Source: Macrostomum lignano (Eukaryota). Taken from it: a DNA stretch of 64,000 nt. The notes below the pieces were generated by a model, which was given only the letters and a program-made list of their open reading frames with translations, searched no databases and had not been told where the DNA came from. The position numbers were made by a program, and so were the translations under genes. The stretch lies in NCBI GenBank assembly GCA_002269645.1, contig NIVC01000006.1, forward strand, positions 434,001 to 498,000, read 5' to 3'. Shown in pieces: positions 1 to 10,700 of the stretch (position 1 is the first letter of the stretch; each line of letters opens with the position of its first letter).

Positions 1-517
1 AAAGATTTTTGCTACCAACAAGTCCAGCCTTAGTGAAGCAAAAAGAAACTGTCCAGAAACTTCAGTTTATTCTTACTACTAATATCCGTACGAGCGTAAT
101 TTTTCTATTAAAATACACTAGAGCCAATTTTCTATCTTGGATAGCTGGTTCAATAAAAGCTTCTTATTATGCAGTACGCAGGATCGTTCCTGAGAGACGC
201 GACTTCACGTGGCATATCTTGGACTGTACGAGCTAGATATTGCACTGTGACCGCGCCTTGCACAGTCAACCCCAGTGTACGCAATGGTACGAACTTACAG
301 GCGCTAAATCGGGGTGCAAAATTTCCGATAAGAGCGCCGCTAGCCTTCAAACTGTTGGCTAACCAGCCTAATCTGCTTCCAGCAGTGGAAAGCCCGAAGT
401 TAAAGAGCTGGTTAGCAGTACAAAGCTTTGGTTTGGTGCAAATCCAAAGGCTGCGAGTGTTGCCGAGTGAAGTAGAACAAACCTCGGCATGGGCAACCGT
501 CTGGTCATGTGCCGCAG

Positions 518-953
518 GGGCGCCAGCGGACAGGAGACCTACACAACCACGGTGATTCAAGACCGATTCTCCTCTGACATCGACGGTGGCAAAAATTTGC
601 CTAATCGACGACGGTCAAACGATGAAGACGCCGACGATGAGGACGATGACGGTTTAGAAGAGGAAGCTGAGCACTCTGTGTACGAAATCCGCCCAGTGCA
701 ACATCAGCATCGAGCTCAAGGTCTGGGCGATCAGAAATCTCCCCTGACTATTTTGACTAATCCGCTGTACGAGGACAGCCCCAATGAGAAAGACGTCCAG
801 GACGATACGTCGCCAGTTGTCGATGAGGTAGCAGCGGCGGCGGCCGCCGAGGCCGCGCTCGAGAAGGTTCGAGCTGAGGCAGCGGCGAAGCGCAGTTTTC
901 TGCTTGAGCAAAGCCATCCAGAGGCTAAGCAGCCCGACCCCGTGCTGCTGTGA
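518..953 (+). CDS. Probable terminal coding exon of an unidentified gene (acidic, low-complexity tail with NPLY motif); 5' boundary uncertain (acceptors at 517 or 533)
   Basis: Open frame 471-953 that is GC-richer than its flanks, encoding ...EDADDEDDDGLEEEAE...ILTNPLYEDSP...PDPVLL*, followed by AT-rich UTR-like sequence. No recognisable domain. Confidence 0.45.
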
Positions 954-1080
954 GCACGGCCTTAGTTTATGTTGCTTGACTTGGACTTTGCATGCTAAAA
1001 TTTTTGACAACAATTGCAATTCTCATCAGTTCTTTTCTAACGTCACTCAAACTATTCATATTTGCTGAAATTTACATGTA

Positions 1081-1303
1081 ACCCGTACAGCAAGTACGAC
1101 GTCGTCGATGTCGGCGAACGTTCCCGACGTCTATCGACGTCGCTGAAAAATATGTACTTTTACATTTCACCGAAATTTAGCTGGCGTGACGTCGTTATCT
1201 GTCGTATGAACTCGTAGTCTGTCGATGTAATATAAAGCGACACATTTTTCAGCGACGTAGATAGACGTCAGAAGCGTCGCCGACGTCGGATTGCTGTACT
1301 GGT
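1081..1303. mobile_element. MITE-like non-autonomous DNA element with long imperfect terminal inverted repeats and TA flanks
   Basis: Left arm ACCCGTACAGCAA...CGACGTCTATCGACGTCGCTGAAAAATATGT (1081-~1155) is the reverse complement, with indels, of right arm ACACATTTTTCAGCGACGTAGATAGACGTC...TTGCTGTACTGGT (~1240-1303). TA at 1079-1080 and 1304-1305. Confidence 0.75.
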
Positions 1304-2177
1304 TAGCACATTTTGAAGAAAATTTGAAAAAAATTCTCCTCGAAATCCAAATTTACATTCTAAACGGATTTCGCAAAAACTCTGTAAAGATTACAAGCGT
1401 ATTTGGTGGAAAAAATTGTCTAGAATAACAAACAACAACAAAGAACTCCTCCCACCAATCACACAAAGTGTCCACAAGGGGGAGGAATCAGATGGCACGC
1501 CCATGGGCCAGGTTCCTCAAAAAGTCTCTAGAAAGAATGCACTACGAGCTAAGGAGACAGGAACAGTGGCATTTTGCCTGCTTGTCGGTCTTTGGTATGG
1601 CATTTCAAGAAAAAACGGCTTGATAAACTTTTGAGTCTAAATGTGAGATATTTGAGGAATTTAGAAGATGCTAAAGAACTAAAAACTAGTCCTAGTTTTT
1701 GTCCTAATGGTCTTAGGGTTCTTAGGGCTCTTCGGGTGAAAGAATCCAATTTAAAAAGGATTAGGCCACCCTCTCATCGGACTGAGAGCTTGAGAACAGT
1801 TTGAGATGTGTTTTCTTCCTAGGATGAGGAAGGTAATTTTACCAATAATCATCAGTGCTACATCATCGTTTCATTTTCTTAGCTGTTCACAAGTAAGGAC
1901 ATGCAATGTGAAAGGACTACTTTTGTAATATGCAAATTGCTTTTATTGTTACGCTTGCAAACATACTACTTTCACTAGTCTATTGCTGCATGTTAGGCCA
2001 GAAATTATAAGCTTAAACTTTTCATGAAGAGTCAGGGTGTAAGAGAATGATTTCGATTTATTTCTTTTTTTACCAACTGACTTAGAGTATTCGCTGTATC
2101 GCTGGTGCATGCATTTAGTAAGCTCTGGCCATAGACGACTTCAGTCGTGAAATTCAGACTCTCAGTCACCGGCCGCA

Positions 2178-2940
2178 TGGGAATCACCCAGCTGGTCACT
2201 GGATCAATTTGAATCGCCCAGTTGGTCACTGAATCAATGAGAATCGCCCAGTTGGTCACTGAATCAATAGGAATCGCCCAGTTGGTCACTGAATCAATTT
2301 GAATCGCCCAGTTGGTCACTGAATCAATGGGGATCGCCCAGTTGGTCACTGAATCAATAGGAATCGCCCAGTTGGTCACTGAATCAATGGGAATCGCCCA
2401 GTTGGTCACTAAATCAATAGGAATCGCCCAGTTGGTCACTGAATCAATGGGAATCGCCCAGTTGGTCACTGAATCAATGGGAATCGCCCAGTTGGTCACT
2501 GAATCAATGGGAATCGCCCAGTTGGTCACTGAATCAATGGGAATCGCCCAGTTGGTCACTGAATCAATGGGAATCGCCCAGTTGGTCACTGAATCAATGG
2601 GAATCGCCCAGTTGGTCACTGAATCAATGGGAATCGCCCAGTTGGTCACTGAATCAATGGGAATCGCCCAGTTGGTCACTGAATCAATGGGAATCGCCCA
2701 GTTGGTCACTGGATCAATGGGAATCGCCCAGTTGGTCACTGAATCAATGGGAATCGCCCAGTTGGTCACTGAATCAATGGGAATCGCCCAGTTGGTCACT
2801 GAATCAATGGGAATCGCCCAGTTGGTCACTGAATCAATGGGAATCGCCCAGTTGGTCACTGGATCAATGGGAATCGCTAAGGTGGTCACTGAAATGATGG
2901 GAATCGCCCAGTTGTTCACTGGATTAATGTGAATCGCCCA
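2178..2940. repeat. 30-bp minisatellite (GAATCGCCCAGTTGGTCACTGAATCAATGG), about 25 copies
   Basis: Direct tandem periodicity of 30 nt; near-identical central copies and diverged edge copies. Confidence 0.98.
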
Positions 2941-5133
2941 TTGAGCTCTGGTATTGATTCTGGTATTCGAATGTCTCTCATTAATCTATTCGTTCACTGA
3001 TTGAATTCGCTGAGGGGTAGTCGCGGAAATGCGAAGAGGAACTCATCGATAAATAATAAGTGAGTAGAGTAAGGTCGCAACGACTTACAGCTTCCTGAGT
3101 TACGTCGGTGAAACACGATGGCTGTGTGTACATTTAGCTTTGTCCGTCATACGAGACTGTACCGAACAGACGTAGGAAATGACGAACGTCAAAGGGTTGT
3201 AATAATTTTAAAGAAATGTTTTTGAACGTATAGCCACCAGTATAGAATTTAGTTTTAAAATTAACAGCCGCATTCTTCCAAAATAGTGCTTGACGAGTTC
3301 AGTCAACCAGCCAATCAATCAAACTATTCAACAGCAATGGCATAGCGGCCTTAACAATCCAGACGCTCTCAGAGAGAGCTACACACAATCGCAACTATGC
3401 AACTGTCAGATCAATTCGCATGCTCTGCTCGCCATCCGTCTCCCGTCAAAAACCAGTGCTGCAGCCTCCTCCTGCATCCCTCACTGGCTGCTCCGCACAA
3501 TTAATTCATCGGCCCGTGCGGCCGCTGTGCCTGCGGGCCCTTCATTAGCCAGTTCATGGAGACTCGCGTGAAGCTGCTGTTCGGTCTTCCCTGCCAGCTA
3601 TTCAACTGTAACTCCCTTCCCCTAATTCTGGGAGCTGAACTGCCAAAGCTTCAGCTTGAATGCATCTGCATGGCAATGCGTGTGGACTGTCTCAATTATA
3701 TTTCGGATAAGCAGAGCCATATTGCCAATTGCGCTGGCGGCTGGGCGATGCAGAACTATCGCTTGATTCTCACTGCTGTGTCTGTTGTCCCAATCTCTCT
3801 TGCTTTCGCAATTATAATCTGATAGCTGCTATATTTGAGCATTTTTGACTCCGTCTTACCGTCTACCCTAGATACGAGCAAGCATCACGGATTCTATATT
3901 CCTACAGGGAGCGTCTTACCGGGGACAGAAATGTCAAGGAAATCTTCAATCCTCGTTACTATAGTTGCTTGGACCTATACAGGTAGACAACAGTTTATTT
4001 TTATAATGGCTGTCAGAATTGAACGACAACAGTAACAACAAGCTACGTTAGCATTGAATAATATTGGTGTTATAAAGAAAACATAACTCTGACCATTTAT
4101 TGGTCCACTAGTCCGCCAGAGGTATGGCAAGTTGCGGCGAACAAACAACGTACAAACACGATCCTAACGTCAGTGCGCGCAATTCTCTCAACTCAACTGT
4201 AGATGAATTTATAACTCCGGCCAGACTATGAAAGTGACTCCATAGATTCCATTTAAGTCTTTTGGCTCCCGGACAGAGAAGTGACGTTTCTGTCCGCCCT
4301 TGCAACTTTGATAGGAATGGCTGCAAACGTACCGTTTTGGGTGGCACGTACGAACCGTTTCACGTCTCATACATAACGGCGGCTGGAGTGGCTCATCTAG
4401 GAGTATAAAAAATCTGTGGATAGCATAGCACTGCTCACCGATGAGACACAACTGAATCATGCTAGCTCGTAATTGATATCTGTTCAGAGAAAAGTTTCGC
4501 GCCTATGCTACGACTTTGGAAAACACACCCCCATTTAGTTGAGGATTTCAAGCCAACCGCTCAGAGTGAAATAGAACTTTTAGTTAAATGGCAAACAAAT
4601 GAGCTGCACTACAAGTTCTATTCTACAGAAATTTTGAATAGCTGAGAAAATTGGCAAAGCCGTATTCTTCTGCATGTGCGCCAGAGAGATCAGAGTAGCC
4701 ATTGGGAGACGCAGCCTGATTGGCTACAGCTTCCTCATCCAGTTTCTGATGCTGCAGCGCCTCGCTCCCCATATGTGTGCTTGTCCCTAAAGGCCGTAGC
4801 TGAGAGCCGCACACTGCAGCTTAATAGTAGCAGCGTAGCAAGTGCATCGTCATATTGCAGCACATCGGCTGGACCTCCAGCCAGCCTATTCCAGTATTCC
4901 AGTTGGGGCAAATACATCGGGGGGTGAAAAAAAGTGAAAACTTAGACAAAGTAGGAAACAAAAGAGCGAGGGAAGAAGATTCAGGTAGGAACTTAGCAGC
5001 GGAGACCGAGACGACTAGTCAAACAGACGCAAGACGAGAAGACAAAAATTGGAAGCGACGTGCAAGAAAGTTGATTGATTAAAAGGTAAAAGAGTTTTGG
5101 CAGGCAACGCTGCTGCAGACCAATTAACTAAAC

Positions 5134-5928
5134 ATGAGCAGCCCTGCGCCTTCACTGGCGACTGCAACGTCTGCTGGAGCAAATTCAGCGGTTTATTCAG
5201 CCCCCACCCGCTCAGCACCGGAGGAGGCTCTGCTCATCGCCGGCTACTCAGCCGCAGTGCTGCTCAGCACCGTCGGCAACTTGACAGTCATTGTGGTTGT
5301 GACGCGCGGCCGCCAGTGCCGGACAGATCTGCGCGGCTTTCTGCTCAGCCTGGCCGTTGCTGACCTTCTAATCGGCTGCTTCTGTCTGCCCTTCACTCTC
5401 GTGAACGTGCTCTACCGCCGCTGGCCTCTGCCTGACATTCTGTGCAAGCTGGTGTCTTACTGCCAGCTGGTGGCCGTGACGTCTTCTGTGCTGACCAACA
5501 TGGCTATTGGCTTCGATCGTTTCTGGGTGGTGACGTTTCCTCTGAGCCAGCGGCTGACCTTCAATCGGTCCCGAGCAGTGATTGTCGCTCTGTGGACGGC
5601 GTCGCTGCTGCTGTCCTCGGTGCAGCTGCGCGTCAGTGGAAAGTACGCCACCGGAGGCGGCGGACCCGATGACCCTCACAACGGCGCGGCAGCTGCCTCG
5701 GACAACGAGACAGCGTCAGTTGTGGTGGTGGAAATGTGTCGCGAGCATTGGCACAGCCCCGGCATCCAGAGGGCCTACTCAGTGTTTGTCCTGGTGCTCA
5801 CCTACCTGCTGCCCGTGTCCGTTCTCTGCGCCACCTACGCTGCCATCGGGAGAAAACTGTGGACCAGAACGCTGCCAGGCAATGCAGACTCGGCCAGGGA
5901 TCAGCAGCACGTCAGGGCCAAGCGAAAG
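5134..5928 (+). CDS. Class A neuropeptide GPCR (tachykinin/RYamide-luqin/leucokinin-receptor-like), coding exon 1 (N-terminus to TM5/ICL3)
   Basis: TM1 GN (TVGNLTVIVVV), TM2 LSLAVADLL, TM3 CKLVSY...GFDRF, ECL2 Cys (MCREHW), TM5 YLLP; ends ...RAKRK at an AAG|GCAAGT donor (phase 0). Confidence 0.92.
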
Positions 5929-6359
5929 GCAAGTTTTAGTTAGTTTTATCAATTTTCGATGATTCGATTCGGCGCTGCGCTCGTATGCTTTCTCTTGAGC
6001 ATCCTAAATGCTCTGGAGATACAGCAAATATCCTTTCCTTACTGGTCTTCAGCTCATTTCTAAGAAAACCGAGTGTAGCGTCCTACTTCAGTTGTCTGCA
6101 GTACGAGTACGCAACTGCTGGCAATTGGCCCTGACGCATGGAAAATAGAAAAATATAAAGAATGTCACGACGGGAAGTCAAGCTATTTTCAGTTCATGAT
6201 GCAAAACTGACAAGCATCGCAAAGTAAGGTCTAAAAGTTCTTAGCCCGATGGATAAGAAAAAGGTGAATACAGTAGGGCTGCACTGAACTAAATTTGTTT
6301 ATACTGTTCAAAAGTTTGACAGCACTGACCGTCAGTGCATCCCTTCCCAAAAAATCTAT

Positions 6360-6700
6360 AGAGCAACAGCGGTAGGTCAAGTGGCTGGCTTGGAAGTCAT
6401 CAGCTGGGCGCCCTCTATCTCTCAGAAGTCTCTCTAAGATCAGTATTGACAGCCTTCGGTAGTGGCGTCTCAGTTTGGTCGACTGTGTCGAATAATGTGT
6501 TGATGGTTTTTAGAATCTGGTGGCCTCGGAGGTTACAGCAGGCTCTCTAGTTACTGTGCCAGTCATTCGTTCTAGGAGTCAATTGTCTGCTCACCTCAGG
6601 TGACCTTCTAAGCGATCTAACAGCCCTCTCGATCTACCTGATCGTTGGATCCAGGTTGGTAGAGTTCACAGGATCTTGTGTGTAGCGATCCGTGACCATC
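6360..6700 (-). pseudogene. Possible highly decayed non-LTR RT fragment
   Basis: Minus-strand translation with stops gives DPTIR*IERAVRSLRR...KTINTLFDTVDQTETPLP...DFQASHLT, loosely matching the LINE RT N-terminal PT..E...A...L / l.n.i..t...P / NYRPISLT pattern. Confidence 0.3.
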
Positions 6701-6907
6701 TCGTCGCTAAGAGTGTATGATTAATCGACGTATGATCGACATATGATTCATGATTTATGGTCTTTGTAGGTCTTGCAGACCAATTTTCCTAAACTAAAGT
6801 TACCCTGTATGCAGAATCAAACCCACGGTACTTTGGTGCAAGTCCGTACCCCATGTAGGCCATGTAGGCCATTACCCCATGTAGGCCATGCTGAGTACCG
6901 GTTGAGG

Positions 6908-7357
6908 CTGGGGTCGAACATATCGGTATAGGGCAGGGGTCGAACATATCGGTATAGGGCAGGGGTCGAACATATCGGTATAGGGCAGGGGTCGAACATA
7001 TCGGTATAGGGCAGGGGTCGAACATATCGGTATAGGGCAGGGGTCGAACATATCGGTATAGGGCAGGGGTCGAACATATCGGTATAGGGCAGGGGTCGAA
7101 CATATCGGTATAGGGCAGGGGTCGAACATATCGGTATAGTGTAGGGGTCGAACATATCGGTATAGGGCAGGGGTCGAACATATCGGTATAGGGCAGGGGT
7201 CGAACATATCGGTATAGTGTAGGGGTCGAACATATCGGTATAGGGCAGGGGTCGAACATATCGGTATAGGGCAGGGGTCGAACATATCGGTATAGTGTAG
7301 GGGTCGAACATATCGGTATAGGGCAGGGGTCGAACATATCGGCATAGGGCAGGGGTC
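6908..7357. repeat. 26-bp minisatellite (GGGTCGAACATATCGGTATAGGGCAG), about 17 copies, in GPCR intron 1
   Basis: Period 26 (CGAACA at 6915, 6941, ...); variant unit with TAGTGTAG recurs. Confidence 0.98.
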
Positions 7358-7614
7358 AGCAAACGATCCGGCTCGTGGGCCACATTCGACGCGCAAAGCC
7401 TCTTTATCCAGCCCTCGGGTCCTTTGAAACTTCACAATAGCAATCCGGCCTACTCAAGGTTTGTGTCTCCTTTCACGCACTTCTCACCTCTCCCTTTCCA
7501 CTTCCCTTCTGTCTTCTCCTATTTCATCCCTTCTCTCGTCTCGTCTCCAATCTTTTTTCCTCACCTCTCCTCTCTTCCCCTTCTCTGGCCTGCAGTCATG
7601 CGAAGCTAAAAAGC

Positions 7615-7684
7615 GGAGAGCAACGACCTGCGCCCCCCCCCGAGGTGCCCTCTGGAGGACCGAAAGGCCCACGAAATGCAGGTC
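7615..7684 (+). ncRNA. HDV-like (nested double pseudoknot) self-cleaving ribozyme candidate
   Basis: P1 GGAGAGC(7615-21)/GCCCTCT(7647-53) with G1-U wobble and one A-C mismatch; P2 GACCTGC(7625-31)/GCAGGTC(7678-84) perfect; P3 GCC(7632-34)/GGT(7644-46); C-rich L3 ending CGA; GG(7654-55) for P1.1; P4 GGACC-GAAA-GGCCC; J4/2 A-C7672-GAAAT. Confidence 0.75.
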
Positions 7685-7767
7685 AGCAACGGGCCTTTCC
7701 CGAGGCCCACACCGCGACGCAGTCTCTTCGCCGCCCAATTGGCATCTGGCGGCCACCTGCCGATTAA

Positions 7768-10700
7768 ATGACTAGCCGACGCCTGAACCAGCCCGCCGAG
7801 CCTCAACGGCGGGCCCCCGGCGGCGCGAGGCGCCCCCGACCCAGCGGCCCGTGCGCGCGCGGCCCCCCAGTAGCCTGCACCTCCTGCAACTCAACGCAGA
7901 GGGCGTCGCCTCCAAGATGCCCGAATTGTGCAAGCTGCTGCTGGATCTGCGCATCGACGTGGCGTGCCTGCAAGAGACCCACACCACCGAGGGTCGGGAT
8001 CCGCGCCTGCCGGGGTTCAACGCGATCTGGCGCCACCGACAGAGCGGCCGGCGCTCCGGCGGCCCCACGCGCGGAGGAGGCGCTGCAATCGTCATCCGCG
8101 AGGGGCTGCGCTTCGAGGTGCTCCAGGAGCGCCCCTGCGCCCCCGATGACGTCACCACGGAGTGGGCCGGCGTCCGGGTTTTCCCCTCTGAAAAGAGCGT
8201 CGAGAGCCTGGACATCCACTGCCTCTACATCCCGCCGATCAGAACGGCTGAAGGCGACGACCGCGTGCAGCGCTTCAGCCCCCGGCACCTCCCGTCCGGC
8301 GTCAACACGGTGATCCTGGGCGACCTGAACGCGCACCATCCAGCCTGGGACCCCGAATCGGAAGAGTCGGACCTGGGCACGGCGGTCTTCGAGTGGTCCG
8401 TGGTGTCCGGCATGCGCGTCCTGAACGACGGCAGCGCCACCCACATGCCGCGCCGCGCCAACACCCGGCAGACGGCGCCTGACGTCAGCCTGTGCCACAA
8501 GTCGCTCGCCAACCGGGCCGAGTGGCAGGTCCGGGGAGACGTCGGCTCGGACCACCTGCCGATCTGCATCACCATCCACAGCCGAGGCGCGGCCAAGCGC
8601 GGGGGCGCCGCCCGGCGGTCCTGGGCGAAGGCGGACTGGGCCAGTTTCCGCGCCCGGACCGAGGAAGCCCTGGCTGGCTGGGAGGCCTGCCCGCCCGAGT
8701 CGGTCAGCGAGGCCAACCAGCAGCTGACCACGGCCATCCAGGAAGCCGACAAGGCGTCTGTCCCTCGCGGGGCGCGGCCCTCCGCCAAGGCCTGGTGGAC
8801 GCCAGAGGTCGACGACGCCGTGAAGGCTCGCCGCGCCGCGTGGGCCGCCGCCGCCGCCGACCCGAGCGTGCGGCCTGCCTGGAATCGAGCCTGTGCCGAC
8901 GCCAAGAAGACGATCGCCGACGCCAAACGCGAGAGCTGGAGGACCTTCGCCGGCGAGGTGGCAGCTGACAGCGACCACTCCAAGATCTGGAGAATTGTCC
9001 GCTCCCTCGACGGCAGAAACAGCAACCTGCAGCGGGACGCAGCGCTCCGGGTGGGCCAAAAGACGCTCGTCCAGTCGAAGGACATCGCCGAGGCCTACGC
9101 CCGTGAGTATGCCTCCGTCAGCCGCCTCCCGCAAGACCGCAGGACGCGAGACCTCCGCCGCGAGAACTTCCGCAGCAGCGTTTCGCGAGCCGGCGCCGAC
9201 AGCCATGGGAGCAGAGACTTTGGAAAGCCGTTCTCGCACCGCGAGCTGGACAGGGCTCTCCACTCCCTCCCGGCCAGGAAGGCCCCAGGACCCGATGAGA
9301 TCTGCGCTGAACATCTGCAGCACCTCGGTGCCGCTGGACGCCGGGCGGTCCTGCAGCTGATCAACGCGTCCTGGACCCAGGGGGAGGTCCCCGCGGCGTG
9401 GCGCCGTGCCCACATCGTGCCGATCCTCAAGAAGGGCAAGCCGGCCGACGAGATCGGCTCATACCGGCCGATTGCCCTTACCTCCACTCTGGCCAAGCTG
9501 GCCGAGCGTCTGGTTCAAGCGCGGCTCTACTGGTGGGCCGAGTCCCGGCACCTGCTGCACCCCGCCCAAGCCGGCTTCCGCAAGCGGCGCAGCACCGAGG
9601 ACCAGATTGCCCGGCTCACCCAGCTCATCAGCGACGGCCACCAGGCGGCCCCCGCCAGGCGGACGGTCGTCGTCCTGTTCGACTTCCGGCGGGCGTACGA
9701 CACCGTCTGGAAGCAGGGCCTGCTGCACAAGCTGCACAACGCCGGCATCCCAGCGGCCGGGGTCCGCTGGGTCAGCAGCTTCCTGGCCGATCGCCGCGCT
9801 GCCGTCAGGGTGGACGGCGCGCTGAGCAGCTGGCGGCTCTTCCGCGAGGGCCTGCCACAGGGGAGTGTCCTTGCCCCTCTGCTCTTTGCGCTGTACATCA
9901 ACGACCTGCCTGACCACCTGCCGTCCGACTGCACGCCGTTCCTCTACGCCGACGACCTGGCCATCGCAGTGCAAGGCCTGACCGTGGAAGAGGCCGAGAC
10001 GAAGGCGCAGGCTGCGATCGACGCGGTCTCCGACTGGGCGAACGAGTGGCGGATGGAGCTGGCGCCGAACAAGTGCGCCGCTTTCCTGTTCACCACCACC
10101 GCCGGAGAGGCCAGCCGTGAGCTGCGTCTGCGGCTGAACGACGCCCCGCTCTCGACGGACCGCCAGCCGCGCTTCCTCGGCGTCATCCTGGACCGGCTGC
10201 TCAGCTTCACGGCGCACGCCGCCAACGTCGCCGGCCGCGCCCGCGCCCGCTGCGGCGTTCTGGCGGCGCTGTCTGGCAGCAACTGGGGCGCCAAGCAGAG
10301 CGACGTGCGCCAGCTCTACACGGCATATGTGCGGCCGGTGCTGGAGTACGCTGCCGGCGCCTGGATGCCGACGGCCTGCAGGACAGCTATCGACCACCTG
10401 GACCGGGCCCAGCGCCTGGGCGCGCGCATCATCACCGGGTGTCCACGGAACACCAGGTCGGAGGTGCTGGAGCGCGAGGCTGGATTGCCGCCGATGGCAG
10501 TCCGCGCGGAGATGCACGCTGGCCTCCTCCACGAGCGCGCCCTCCGGCTGCCGCATGACAACCCGCTGCGCGCCTGCGCGGCCAGCGTCGGCCCGCGCCG
10601 CCGCCTCCAAAGCGCCCGTGGCTGGCGCGAGACGGCGGCCAGTGTATGCAGCGCTGCGGGCCTGAGCGGCTTCCCGCGAGAGCCCGTCCACGCTATCCCG

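Noticed and set aside
150-560. Overlapping 128-aa and 136-aa ORFs on both strands
   Set aside because: No recognisable motifs or convincing splice signals; length is compatible with chance.
6908-7357. CRISPR-like appearance of the 26-bp, 30-bp, 47-bp and 62-bp arrays
   Set aside because: Units are directly tandem with no unique spacers, there are no cas genes, and the context is eukaryotic and intronic.
7645-7680. Hammerhead ribozyme (CCGAAAGG...CGAAA)
   Set aside because: Lacks the CUGANGA core; the same bases fit P4 and J4/2 of an HDV-like fold.
7685-7870. 2A (D[V/I]ExNPGP) peptide as in L1Tc and some Ingi elements
   Set aside because: No such motif found in the N-terminal region upstream of the APE domain.
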